A stretch of DNA of 64,000 nt from Perkinsela sp. CCAP 1560/9 (Eukaryota > Protista > Euglenozoa: Kinetoplastea). The notes under the pieces were generated by a model that was not told where the DNA came from, ran no database searches, and saw nothing but the letters and a program-made list of their open reading frames with translations. Both the position numbers and the translations under genes were made by a program. Position 1 is the first letter of the stretch. Each line of letters starts with the position of its first letter. Location of the stretch: assembly GCA_965644495.1 (NCBI GenBank), contig CBFFSA010000044.1, positions 5,983 to 69,982 of the forward strand, written 5' to 3'. Shown piece after piece: positions 1-10,540 of this stretch.

Positions 1-11
1 TCAAATCCGCA

Positions 12-3000
12 GTGAAGGATGCTCTTTCCCACCAAGGTCGAAACACTTCCCCATCGAAAGGAGTTACCAAAGCGGACTCGCGCTCGTCAAGGCGAACACC
101 GGAGCCCCGGACATATTTCTCTTCACCGCGACACGCCGCAAACCAAAATAACTTCGCTGAAAAGACACAAACAAGAGAAGAGACTCGGGAATGTCCGGCC
201 ATGGGATGCACTTGGAGAAGTCTGCCGCACGGAGGGTCTTGGCAAGCGTTTTATAACCACGTCGCGTGTCGCCACGGAAACGGAGTTCCCGCTACCTGGT
301 GGGATGCAGAAGGCCGATTTCTTTGCAACTTATGCGGGCGCCATTATGACATCAACAAAAGGGAAGCTCATCCACAAGCCTGCAAAGGGAACGTTGCGAA
401 CCCCCAAATCCCATCGCGCGCAGCACACTCGAGCGACCCAAGCCACCTTCCGGGGACTCAAACTCATCACTCTGAACTTCCCTCGCTATCCTCTATCTGC
501 ACGCTGCGCCTGAACACTTGCAAGGACGTGCCTCCACGTTGCCGTCAACTGTGGGGAGAAATTATCACCAAAGCAGCCCAAAACGCAGTCACCGAAAACT
601 CTACAGCCGCGTGGACCCTATTCGCCATGCTCCCCAAGTGCTTACTACCCGCCCCACACCGAGGAGGACGTAAGAACCACACAACTTACGCATCATACGT
701 CCAGAAGTGCATGAACCGATGGCTCGCGCAAGATTATGTCTCCCTATGGAATGAAGCAGTAGACAACGCACTCAAGAAACAATCTGTAGCCCCTACAACC
801 GTTCACGACGAAGAGGAAAAGGCAGCTATCCGAGCAGAGCTTCTAGCTCGACAAGGCGAGTACTCTAGGGGTATGGCTGCACTCACGGCGGATGCTATGG
901 CGCCTGACGACGAAGACACACTCCTCAAACTTCAGAGCAAGCACCCGCCCCGACATCCAGACAGTGACATCATCGACTATACGCCTCCGCCCACAGCGCC
1001 CCTAATAATGGATGAACCCGTGGTAGCGAAAACTATCAAGAGCTTTCACCGGGGTTCCTCGTCCGGAACCATGGGTTTACGACCCGAGCACTTGCAAGCT
1101 GTACTCCTGGCGCACGTAGATAACACCGTGAAACCCCTTACTGCCCTTAAAAACCTCGTGAATCATCTACTAGCCGGGAAAGAACCCCTAGAGGTACAAC
1201 CATATTTTGCGGGAGCCAGACTTTGCGCGCTTGAAAAGGGCGAAAATGACGTCCGCCCCATAGCAGCGGGAGAAACGATACGTCGATTGGTAAGCAAAGC
1301 GGCTTGCAATGCAGTGAGGAGCAAAGCCAGGGAATTTTTTAAGGGACTACAGTTCGGCGTCGCGACACCGGCCGGTTCGGAACGAATAATTCACACTTGC
1401 CGGCACGCAATGACAATTCATACGGACAACCCCGACATGGTATTATGTAAAGTCGACCTAAGCAACGCATTCAACAACGTTAGCAGAGCAACTTTCTTGA
1501 AACTTGTAGGCGAACATTTTCCGGAATTGTTCCCCTGGGCTAGCTGGTGCTATACGACAACTAGTGCTTTGACCTATCGTGACCACACACTCCTTTCGGA
1601 TGAAGGCGTCCAACAGGGCGATCCCCTGGGACCACTTTTCTTTTCACTGGTCTCCTTGGAACTTGCAAAAGAAATCTATCACCAGGCCGACCTGGACTTG
1701 CAGCTATGGTACCTAGACGACGGGATTCTCATTGGCAGGGCAGAAGACGTCAGGAATTCGTTGGATACAATCGCCAGAGTAGGTCCGCGATGGGGCCTAT
1801 ATCTGAACATGTCCAAGTGCGAAATAATCACCCCCCCTGCCTCGGCTAACGTTGTAACCATATTTCCGGACATACCCGACGCCAAAATAAACGTGTGCGG
1901 TAACTTTAGTGTCCTAGGAAGCCCAATTGGGTCCCCTGAGTACTGTACTGAATATCTGCTGACACACGCGGTTGAGCCCGCTGAAATGGCCCTTGATGCC
2001 ATAACCAGAATCCGGGACCCCCAGGTAGCCATGGCGCTAATTCGACAATGTGCTGGATTCTGCAAATTGGTACATGCTCTACGAACGACGCCCCCGCAAT
2101 CAGTTATGAACCTCTGCAAGCGGCTCGACGACTTCCTAATGCACGCGGTCGAATCCACTCTATGTCCTTTGCCTCCCTCCGCACGCGCCCAAATTCAGCG
2201 CTTGAAAAGACACGGAGGTTTCGGTTTAAAATCGGCGACCGTGCACGCATCCTCCGCTTACGCCTCCTCTGTAGTTTTCGCGGCGGCCACGGACTCATGG
2301 GATGCTTCAGAAGTGGAGGGCTTTCTACAATCGATTGAAGACGTGAATTCGAAAGTTGGTATCAGTCTACTCGACTCAAACGGACTCGTGCGTTCCATCC
2401 CGCGCCATAAATGTGAAGAACTCTCCCCCAAAGCTCGCTTCACCAAGAGATCTCGCGAGGGAGAAACCAGACATCCCTTTGAACCCGCAAATCCGCCTTC
2501 CCTTCCTCGTGACCGCGCATTGCCTCATTCCGAAGACTTTCCACACGATACAAACCCCCTTTACGCATCCGAAGATTGCGTTGACGCGCAGCCACCCGAC
2601 TGGGCAAGTAATAGCGTCCCCCGCCAAAAAGACATAAGTTACGCGATCTCTGCCACAGAGTTCTCGCACGCATATGAAAACGCCGACGCCCGGACTCGCG
2701 CACGCTGGGCTTCTCAGTGTGGTAAAGGAGCAAGCAGTTGGGCGTTCGTAACTCCTTCCAGAGACACGGGCCACGCCTTTAACCCCACAGAATTCCGCAT
2801 CCTATCCCGCTGGTGGTTAGGTGTGCCCGTGTACGGGGAAGAAGGTACATGTCCCAAGGGGAACTGCACACCCCCATTGGACATACACGGCGATCACGCT
2901 CTCACATGCAAGCACGGGGACGGTATCATCGGCCGTCACAACGCCTTGGCCGATCACTTTGCCGATACTTGCAGTAACGCACGCCTAGCTCCCCAACGGG

Positions 3001-3473
3001 AAAAAAGCCTCGGGAACCGGGGCCCCGGAGGCGCTCTGACTAGGCCCGGGGACGTCTTCCTTCCGAGTCTCTTCCTCGGGAAACCTATCGTGCTTGACTT
3101 CGCGGTCACTCACGCCCAGCAATCTAAATACACGGACACAGTCCGAAATGCTAGCTGGGTGGCCGCGGGGTCCTTCGCAGAGCATTATGCCTCAGAGCAG
3201 AAAGTCCGACAACGCCGTGAATCTGAAGATGCCGGAAGCGATTTCACAGCTATGGTGGTCGAGAGCTATGGCTCTTGGAGTGCCAGTGCTTTAGCCGTTC
3301 TCCGGAAGGTTGGAGAACGAAGGGCAAAAGCGTCCAACGGTATCTTGACAGACGAGGCCTCTACGCTCCGTCTCGTGACCGACATGAACGTAACATTGAT
3401 GCGTTGCCAGGCACGCATGATGATTACGCGCCTGCCGGCTGTGGACCCCTTGCCCCCTTTAATCGAGCAATAG
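12..3473 (+). CDS. Family A polyprotein (partial): C2H2/CCHC zinc fingers, reverse transcriptase, CCHC + PD-(D/E)xK restriction-like endonuclease
   Basis: Motifs CPAMGC..HVACRH, VRPIAAGE, VDLSNAFN, GVQQGDPLGP, WYLDD, CPKGNC..HALTC, RHNAL, RPGD..LDFAVTH. Confidence 0.93.
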   Translation: MKDALSHQGRNTSPSKGVTKADSRSSRRTPEPRTYFSSPRHAANQNNFAEKTQTREETRECPAMGCTWRSLPHGGSWQAFYNHVACRHGNGVPATWWDAEGRFLCNLCGRHYDINKREAHPQACKGNVANPQIPSRAAHSSDPSHLPGTQTHHSELPSLSSICTLRLNTCKDVPPRCRQLWGEIITKAAQNAVTENSTAAWTLFAMLPKCLLPAPHRGGRKNHTTYASYVQKCMNRWLAQDYVSLWNEAVDNALKKQSVAPTTVHDEEEKAAIRAELLARQGEYSRGMAALTADAMAPDDEDTLLKLQSKHPPRHPDSDIIDYTPPPTAPLIMDEPVVAKTIKSFHRGSSSGTMGLRPEHLQAVLLAHVDNTVKPLTALKNLVNHLLAGKEPLEVQPYFAGARLCALEKGENDVRPIAAGETIRRLVSKAACNAVRSKAREFFKGLQFGVATPAGSERIIHTCRHAMTIHTDNPDMVLCKVDLSNAFNNVSRATFLKLVGEHFPELFPWASWCYTTTSALTYRDHTLLSDEGVQQGDPLGPLFFSLVSLELAKEIYHQADLDLQLWYLDDGILIGRAEDVRNSLDTIARVGPRWGLYLNMSKCEIITPPASANVVTIFPDIPDAKINVCGNFSVLGSPIGSPEYCTEYLLTHAVEPAEMALDAITRIRDPQVAMALIRQCAGFCKLVHALRTTPPQSVMNLCKRLDDFLMHAVESTLCPLPPSARAQIQRLKRHGGFGLKSATVHASSAYASSVVFAAATDSWDASEVEGFLQSIEDVNSKVGISLLDSNGLVRSIPRHKCEELSPKARFTKRSREGETRHPFEPANPPSLPRDRALPHSEDFPHDTNPLYASEDCVDAQPPDWASNSVPRQKDISYAISATEFSHAYENADARTRARWASQCGKGASSWAFVTPSRDTGHAFNPTEFRILSRWWLGVPVYGEEGTCPKGNCTPPLDIHGDHALTCKHGDGIIGRHNALADHFADTCSNARLAPQREKSLGNRGPGGALTRPGDVFLPSLFLGKPIVLDFAVTHAQQSKYTDTVRNASWVAAGSFAEHYASEQKVRQRRESEDAGSDFTAMVVESYGSWSASALAVLRKVGERRAKASNGILTDEASTLRLVTDMNVTLMRCQARMMITRLPAVDPLPPLIEQ

Positions 3474-3529
3474 CACGATGACGGATGTGCAAGATGGGCC
3501 GCTCAGCCGGAACTCGAACAGCTGGTCCG

Positions 3530-3766
3530 GATGCTGGTCGATGCCGGCAGGGTCTATGCTCACGCCTAGTCCGCCAGGGCTAGGTACTCCAAGTGAGGTA
3601 GGACATGGGTAGGGAACTTTGTTCCTCCCCGTCGGCCAGCATCATGCTCCGCGACCGTGCCGCTGTCGGCACAGGCCCATTGCTTGCGCCCTCTCGTACA
3701 ACAAGAGAAGGGTTACCAAGGCAAGCTGGGAGAGGTCGAAAGACCCGGTCCGGAACGCGCGAATGG
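3530..3766 (+). other. Conserved structured RNA element in family A 3'UTR
   Basis: Helices GATGCTGGTCGA/TCGGCCAGCATC, CCTAGTCC-GCCA-GGGCTAGG, GTGCCG-CTGT-CGGCAC, GGTC-GAAA-GACC; compensatory changes relative to families C and D. Confidence 0.7.
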
Positions 3767-4008
3767 TTCGGGGAAAGTCTGCCCCTCCTAGCCGAGGGAG
3801 ACCTTACCCTCCCTGGAAAGCTGGTAAGATTGGTAAGGGGAAGTGGGTAAGATGGGAAATCATGTATTTGCTAGTTATATATTTTGCTCGTTTTTAAAAT
3901 GGGGGGAAGTGAGGGAAAGAAGTTGAGCAAGTAGGAAAGTAAGTGAGAAAGTCATACCGTACATACATATATAAAGTTAGAACTCGTACTCTTCCCCCCC
4001 TATTATCT

Positions 4009-4039
<31 letters not shown>

Positions 4040-4043
<4 letters not shown>

Positions 4044-4897
4044 TAGAAGATCTTTAACGATAAAGATACAGTTTCTGTACCTTGTTGAATTATTTTCTTT
4101 TCTTTATCTCACTCTTACGCGCCATGGTTGTTTTAACTCGATCTAAGGCGAAGCAGGTCTCGAACTTCGAGCGCGAGGTGAAAGCACACACACTCGGCTG
4201 CTGGGACCAATTCGACGCAAACAAGGACCTTGTTAAAGGCAAGAGTACGTACCATGTAGACTTATACACTACACCCCTCCCACCTAATCCTTCAGCTGAA
4301 TCTTTACGGCGAGCGGACGAGATTGCACTCAGCATTACGAACTCTGTGGAAGGTGAGACCCCAGATACAGGGCAACAGCAGACAAGTACGGAAGAGGAAC
4401 TTTTCTCCAGTGTCCGTCCAACTGAGGACTTCGAATTCCAGTTTGCGGGAGCAGAATCTTCTTCACTCAGCCTATCAAAAACCACAAATAAGGCTGTGAA
4501 GGAGAGGTGCGAACGACATATCCGGAGGTCATACGACAACGAATATAATTACGAAAAAGATAAATTGCTCTTCCCCGATCTCACTCCTGAAGACCTTACT
4601 GTGTCTGTGAATGGATGCGGAAAAGGACGGAAAAAGAAGAAGCGACCCAAGAGCATCTCCCTTTCCCAATTGTGTGCTGAGTCCGGGGCCGACAGCGACG
4701 ACCGTGACACCGCACAATCAAGTTCCAACTCCCCTAGGCCATACACTCCTGAGGCTGAAAGTGACAGCAATCTGTCTGCGGCATCATCTCCGAAAAAACC
4801 GGACACAAAGCCCCATGCGGACACTTCAGTAAGTCTCAAGCGACACCGTACATACATATATAAAGTTAGAACTCGTACTCTTCCCCCCCTATTATCT

Positions 4898-4935
<38 letters not shown>
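4040..4935 (+). mobile_element. Chimeric short element: family D 5' part (ATG 4124, to 4848) joined to family A 3' terminus and poly(A)
   Basis: Matches 58217-59025, then switches at ACCG microhomology to the family A terminal ~55 nt; poly(A) 4900-4935. Confidence 0.85.
4052..4087 (+). other. Spliced-leader-like exon at element 5' end
   Basis: Contains CAGTTTCTGTAC and ends in TTG, like kinetoplastid/diplonemid SL exons; not followed by a GT donor. Confidence 0.85.
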
Positions 4936-4936
<1 letters not shown>

Positions 4937-5209
4937 GCTTGCCACTGATTGCCTTGTGACCCTGTTTCCCATGGGCAAGATTCCACAGGACATTTCCTGG
5001 TGCCATATTGGGCTTTAGTCGGCGTGCTTGCAAATGACTCGTCTTTTCCTGAGGCTGGGGGAACTCGATGGCGTTTGAGGTTTACCTCACTGGAATCGCA
5101 GCTCTCTTGGGTTGATGTATGGTCTGTGGTCGTTTCATCGCTACTCTCGGAGCCCAAGTCCTTCCCTGGGGGGCTGGAGGTGACGTTCCGCTTGGGTCGT
5201 TTCTTTTTC
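4932..5209 (-). pseudogene. Fragment of a CRE-family N-terminal region (D-related)
   Basis: Minus strand encodes KKRPK..NLKRHR..RKCPVESCPWETGSQGNQWQAF, homologous to family D RKCPLDSCTWETGPHGDQWQAF. Confidence 0.75.
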
Positions 5210-6666
5210 TGTACCTTGTTGTGTTTTTATTTTTATTTTTACTCGTATGAACACGCAAAACGCCGAACAAATTATGAAGAGGGGATCAACGCTCAAGCCG
5301 ACAGCACACGAACGAATTCACAAGCTGCACGCACCCAGCTAAGAAAGAGCATGAAGAATGAACACGAGAAGACAGCAGCAGAATTGAATGCAATACCGAG
5401 ATTCCAAAATATCATAAAGCGAACGAAGGAGGCGAACAATCACTTAGATTCAACGTGCAACTACGTAAATCCATATCTTTTTCGTTACACTCTAATGATG
5501 CGCCTAGGAATTGCTCTAAGTAATGTGTCAGGCGAGATTACATGCCCTGGATGTGGAACAATCGAAACATCAAGCAAAATCATTCCTCACGTAGCGGGAT
5601 GTTCACGATGTGCTGGCATGAATTGCACGAGAAAACATTCTCATTTGGTACGCTATATTGCCGAAATGTGTTCCAAAGCTGGTCTTCCATGTGCGATCGA
5701 ACCTCGTATTCATGCGTCCTTTTTTTGCACCAAATGCAAGTGCTCAATTTCCCCAGAAGCGGCGGAATACCATCCTTGCCGAGCGCGTCGAATTAGATCT
5801 GGCCCAGACCTAGCGATTATGTGGCCAGATGTTGGAGAAATTTTATACGACGTTACCGTGGTACATACGTGCTGCAGCAGCTATGCAAAGCAGAGCAGCA
5901 ATGCCCTGCTGCAGAGTGCGGAAGAGCGGAAGATAGCAAAATATGTCAAAGAAAAAGGTCTTGATCCAGAATGCTTTCGCTGCATAGCTGTGACAGATTG
6001 TGGAGTACTACATGAAGAGACAAAGGTTTTGCTGAAAACATTGGCGAAAAGAAATGATGTTGATTACAAGATTGTACGAGAAGCTTTTCAACTTGAACTG
6101 GAAAAATATTCAGCCTATGCAGTCGTCTCTCAATTGCGCCAATATATAGAAACCGAGAAATGGGTAGGAGGACTCCGTCTTTAAACACTCCTCTGAATAT
6201 TACATTTTCGCTGCTTTTAACATTTCGTTAATAATGTTTCGTTGCTTTCAGCCTTTGGTGATTAATAATGTTTCGTTGCTTTCAGCCTTTGGTGATTACT
6301 GTTTCGCTGCTTGGTTAGGTTTCAGCCTTTGGTTATTTTTGTTTTGCTGCTTGGTGATTATTGTTCCGCAGCTTTCAGCTCTTGGTTGTTACTGTTTCGC
6401 TGCTTTGGGTTATCACCGTTTCGCTGCTTTGAGTCGTCACTTTTTCGCTGCTTTCAGCATTCGGCTATTACTGTTTTGCTTTTTTGAGTAACATGTGAAT
6501 AAATAAAGGAACGGAAAACACGTGAAACTATTATTTTGAGTATACAGCAACATTGTATACTGCCATTGTATACTACAACAAGACGTTAAAGTCGTAAAAA
6601 AAAAGGGATGCTTGTCGGGCGTGGTACTGTCGTCTGGCGGCTCTACATTTTCGGGAGACTTCTTTC
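5206..6666 (+). mobile_element. Internally deleted lineage F element: SL remnant, short 5' part, RLE region, 3'UTR
   Basis: TTTCTGTACCTTGTTG at 5206-5221, ATG 5247; 5294-6666 nearly identical to 9650-11022; the join is out of frame. Confidence 0.8.
6205..6485 (+). repeat. Degenerate tandem repeats (TTTCGCTGCTTT / CAGCCTTTGGTGATTA) in lineage F 3'UTR
   Basis: Repeated motifs seen directly; duplicated at 10561-10840. Confidence 0.7.
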
Positions 6667-6774
6667 GTACAAAATTGCAAGTCAGTAAAAATAAAAACAA
6701 AAATTTCACTTCAAACTCGGAAACAATACAAAAGCAAGTCAAAGACGAACACCATAGCGAAAAATGCCGGAAAC

Positions 6775-7295
6775 TTACAGTTTACATACGCTTACTATAT
6801 CTGATTGACTATATGTTTTTCTTCCGGAAGTGCAATTCTAAAAGTTTACGAAAAGAACTGTACAATGGAAATTTTGATTTCTGAGAATTATATTTACGTT
6901 AGTTGGCCGACGGGCATTGTACGTTTGTTATTCATAAGCTAGTATAGTGACACAAAGCATTATACAGTGAACTGGTAATAGAGCGCGTTTTTATCCTTTG
7001 AAACTTTTTGCCCCACCCACCAACCCCCAAACCACTCCCCGCGTGGACACCCGTTCGAGAAAGGGAGGGAAGGGAGTTCTCTCCAGGAAAAAGTTCATGA
7101 GGTATATAAAATAGATTTGATACTTACTTCGCGAAGTTGATATTACAGTACTGGTGAAGATAATGTCTTTTACTCTGTTGTCCATGATGGATGTTATATT
7201 TCGGTAGCTCTGTAGTTCTACAGATTAAACATTACAGTTTACATACGCTTACTATATCTGATTGACTATATGTTTTTCTTCCGGAAGTGCAATTC
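6775..7295. repeat. Exact 64-bp direct repeat (6775-6838 and 7232-7295) flanking unique DNA
   Basis: TTACAGTTTACATACG...GTGCAATTC occurs twice, period 457 bp. Confidence 0.9.
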
Positions 7296-7408
7296 GTGTT
7301 TAATACAGTTGAAGTCATGTTGCGCGGTGAATTCCTAGATCTTTTGACTGTATTTTGATCACTAGTTTCCTGATTATCGTTTTTGTACCTGTTAAAAAAA
7401 AAAAAAAA

Positions 7409-10400
7409 CATCCTGAAGATTGCGAAGGCGCCTCCGATGATACCACAGGCGAAGAATCTGATGTGATGTCGGTGGATGAGGAAGTGACGTCGATGGATGG
7501 GGAAGTGGGGCAACGCAAAAACGAAGAATTTCCGAAGGCTCCAGATCACATCAACACCATTATCCATGAATGGGGCAAAGGAACGACGTGCGAACTGAGA
7601 TGGGGATTCAAAAAAGAGCAGAAATATGCCTCAAAAGGAGTAGTGGTGAAGAGGACTGTCCGAAAAGGTATTGTAAAGCTGAAGGTGGAATACAAGCCAA
7701 GCGACGGAGACAATGGACCCTCTGGTTTTATCTACCTTCCTCCATCTGCAAAAGTGAAAATTTGGTCCATTAAGGCACTGTGTCTAAATAAAGTAAAAAG
7801 CGTCGATGTGTCAATGGAAAACACTGGAAATTCAGAGAACAAGGAGGAGCGAGGCATTGAGGGAACATCTGATTTGGAACCGCTGCCAAAGATGGCACAA
7901 ATTGATCCAACGTTTGCCGTCCATGTAATCGCGATTTTTCGTTCCATTATTAAAGCGTACCCGAAGGCTCAGACAGAAGCAGAAAGAACTGTTATCTGGC
8001 ACAAACTCCTCGATACACCACGGGACTCTTTGGCCACAATCCGTCTAAACTACCTACGGCGCCAGAGCTCCGTACAGCGTCGAGGGAGACGTGAGTGGGA
8101 AACTATCGATACGAACATTACCGAGGAAGAACGACTTGTACAAGAAGTAGACAAACGATCAATTCGAAATGCATTGCAAGCAGCAAAGGCAGGAAATCTT
8201 GGAAAAGCTACCCGCATACTCGACAATGTTTACAAGGACTCTGCTCTTCCACTCTGGGAAAAGGTTGACAAACTTCGAGATCTACACCCCAAAGGCCCTA
8301 CACCTCAAACTTCTGATCGAGACTTCCCGCGAATTGCGATATTGGAACCTTCTGAACTTCGTCTAGCGACTGAAAAATTGTCAAAAGGTGCAGCTCCTGG
8401 CCCGACAGGTCTGAGTGAAAGCATGATGCGAATTTTAGTGGAGGACGAAGAATCCTGCCTTTCACTCTGCCACATGCTGAGAGACGTCATAAATGGGGAA
8501 GTTGCGAAAAGTGTCCGAGTAAGATTAACACGATGCAGAATGATAGCCCTTGCAAAACCGAACAATGGAATACGACCGGTTGCAATGGGGGAAACGCTGC
8601 TAAAAATTTGCGGTTGTATCCTCCTTGAGCGCCATGCGAACTCCTTGTCAGACATATTCCAACCGATCCAAAGAGGCATATTACAAAAGAATGCATGTGA
8701 GTCCATTGTACATGAACTTTTGGAAGAGCATGAAGCTGGAGCCACAATTTTGACGATTGACTTCAAGAATGCATACAATACGCCACAACGTACGGCAATA
8801 GAAGAAGCGCTCCTTCAATACCCGGTATTCAAACACTTTATGCGAATGTTCTATTTTGAATATGGTCAACCATCGGAACTTTTATTTTTCGCCAACGACT
8901 CATTACATTCCGTGATCGAAAGCTCGTCTGGGGTCCGTCAAGGATCAGCACTCTCTTCGGTTTATTTTTGCGCACTGCTACAAGGTCCTTTGAAAGAAAT
9001 TGCGAAGCTCTATCCAGAGGTTACTATCAGAGCCTACCAGGACGATGTGACGATGAGCTCCAAAAATGAGTCGTCTTTGGAAGTTGCGTTCCTTCACCTC
9101 AAAGAACTAGCAAGTGGTCTGAATCTTGAAATTAATTCCCGTAAATGCGAAGTATTCCAAGGCAACAGTTCAACGAATAATCGAGGGATGGATCTCAAGG
9201 AACTTGGGGTGGAAGACTGTGTGGATTCCATCAAGGTCCTAGGAGCATACATCGGGCATAATAAAGCCGTTGAACGAAAGCTCTTGGAGAAGTTAGGGAA
9301 ACATAAATGTTTATTTCGAAGACTTCGCGCTATGGGTCCCAGCAACTTGTCACTAGCGATTCTCAAGCGATGTACCATACCCCGTCATGATTACCACCTT
9401 CGAGTCCACAAACCTGGAGCTTCGTTTCTTCTTGCCCAGGTGTTCGACGAGGAAATCCATGAGATCTTAAAGAAATGGTGTGGTGCAGATAGTGAAGCAC
9501 TTAAACTCTCTGCCCTCCCATGTAAAATGGGAGGTCTAGGAATCACCTCAACCGTTCTAAAGCAACGCTACTTTTTCGAAGCGTCCCTAAAATCTATTGA
9601 TGAGCGATCGAAACCCATTAATGCTCCGGTAGATAAGGGAGGCAAGAAACAAGCCGACAGCACACGAACGAATTCACAAGCTGCACGCACCCAGCTAAGA
9701 AAGAGCATGAAGAATGAACACGAGAAGACAGCAGCAGAATTGAATGCAATACCGAGATTCCAAAATATCATAAAGCGAACGAAGGAGGCGAACAATCACT
9801 TAGATTCAACGTGCAACTACGTAAATCCATATCTTTTTCGTTACACTCTAATGATGCGCCTAGGAATTGCTCTAAGTAATGTGTCAGGCGAGATTACATG
9901 CCCTGGATGTGGAACAATCGAAACATCAAGCAAAATCATTCCTCACGTAGCGGGATGTTCACGATGTGCTGGCATGAATTGCACGAGAAAACATTCTCAT
10001 TTGGTACGCTATATTGCCGAAATGTGTTCCAAAGCTGGTCTTCCATGTGCGATCGAACCTCGTATTCATGCGTCCTTTTTTTGCACCAAATGCAAGTGCT
10101 CAATTTCCCCAGAAGCGGCGGAATACCATCCTTGCCGAGCGCGTCGAATTAGATCTGGCCCAGACCTAGCGATTATGTGGCCAGATGTTGGAGAAATTTT
10201 ATACGACGTTACCGTGGTACATACGTGCTGCAGCAGCTATGCAAAGCAGAGCAGCAATGCCCTGCTGCAGAGTGCGGAAGAGCGGAAGATAGCAAAATAT
10301 GTCAAAGAAAAAGGTCTTGGTCCAGAATGCTTTCGCTGCATAGCTGTGACAGATTGTGGAGTACTACATGAAGAGACAAAGGTTTTGCTGAAAACATTGG

Positions 10401-10540
10401 CGAAAAGAAATGATGTTGATTACAAGATTGTACGAGAAGCTTTTCAACTTGAACTGGAAAAATATTCAGCCTATGCAGTCGTCTCTCAATTGCGCCAATA
10501 TATAGAAACCGAGAAATGGGTAGGAGGACTCCGTCTTTAA
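7409..10540 (+). CDS. Lineage F RT + restriction-like endonuclease (5'-truncated; first in-frame ATG 7466)
   Basis: IRPVAMGE, IDFKNAYN, GVRQGSALS, AYQDD, GGLG, CPGC..HVAGC, GPDL..YDVTV. Confidence 0.88.
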   Translation, partial: HPEDCEGASDDTTGEESDVMSVDEEVTSMDGEVGQRKNEEFPKAPDHINTIIHEWGKGTTCELRWGFKKEQKYASKGVVVKRTVRKGIVKLKVEYKPSDGDNGPSGFIYLPPSAKVKIWSIKALCLNKVKSVDVSMENTGNSENKEERGIEGTSDLEPLPKMAQIDPTFAVHVIAIFRSIIKAYPKAQTEAERTVIWHKLLDTPRDSLATIRLNYLRRQSSVQRRGRREWETIDTNITEEERLVQEVDKRSIRNALQAAKAGNLGKATRILDNVYKDSALPLWEKVDKLRDLHPKGPTPQTSDRDFPRIAILEPSELRLATEKLSKGAAPGPTGLSESMMRILVEDEESCLSLCHMLRDVINGEVAKSVRVRLTRCRMIALAKPNNGIRPVAMGETLLKICGCILLERHANSLSDIFQPIQRGILQKNACESIVHELLEEHEAGATILTIDFKNAYNTPQRTAIEEALLQYPVFKHFMRMFYFEYGQPSELLFFANDSLHSVIESSSGVRQGSALSSVYFCALLQGPLKEIAKLYPEVTIRAYQDDVTMSSKNESSLEVAFLHLKELASGLNLEINSRKCEVFQGNSSTNNRGMDLKELGVEDCVDSIKVLGAYIGHNKAVERKLLEKLGKHKCLFRRLRAMGPSNLSLAILKRCTIPRHDYHLRVHKPGASFLLAQVFDEEIHEILKKWCGADSEALKLSALPCKMGGLGITSTVLKQRYFFEASLKSIDERSKPINAPVDKGGKKQADSTRTNSQAARTQLRKSMKNEHEKTAAELNAIPRFQNIIKRTKEANNHLDSTCNYVNPYLFRYTLMMRLGIALSNVSGEITCPGCGTIETSSKIIPHVAGCSRCAGMNCTRKHSHLVRYIAEMCSKAGLPCAIEPRIHASFFCTKCKCSISPEAAEYHPCRARRIRSGPDLAIMWPDVGEILYDVTVVHTCCSSYAKQSSNALLQSAEERKIAKYVKEKGLGPECFRCIAVTDCGVLHEETKVLLKTLAKRNDVDYKIVREAFQLELEKYSAYAVVSQLRQYIETEKWVGGLRL

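Larger units (their letters stand above)
1..4039 (+). mobile_element. CRE-clade non-LTR retrotransposon, family A copy 1 (5' end outside window)
   Basis: RT+RLE ORF, 3'UTR and poly(A) at 4011-4039; near-identical to 54178-58216. Confidence 0.93.

Noticed and set aside
12-3473. Bacterial retron, group II intron or DGR reverse transcriptase
   Set aside because: Zinc fingers, C-terminal RLE, poly(A) tails and 5' truncations indicate eukaryotic non-LTR elements
3740-3766. HDV-like ribozyme (GCGAATGG resembles the HDV J4/2-P2 end)
   Set aside because: I could not build a conserved P1/P1.1/P2/P3 nested pseudoknot across families, and GCGAA pairs plausibly with upstream TTCGC; not called without a covariance-model search
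3530-3800. SRP (7SL), RNase P/MRP or rRNA fragment
   Set aside because: Only short resemblances (GNRA hairpin, GGAAAGTC); no diagnostic conserved motifs across copies
4052-4087. SL RNA gene array with CRE insertions (classic SLACS/CZAR arrangement)
   Set aside because: No GT donor, conserved intron or repeated intergenic unit follows any SL copy; downstream sequence is family-specific
6205-6485. CRISPR-like array
   Set aside because: Repeats are degenerate, irregularly spaced and lack unique spacers; they are part of a retroelement 3'UTR
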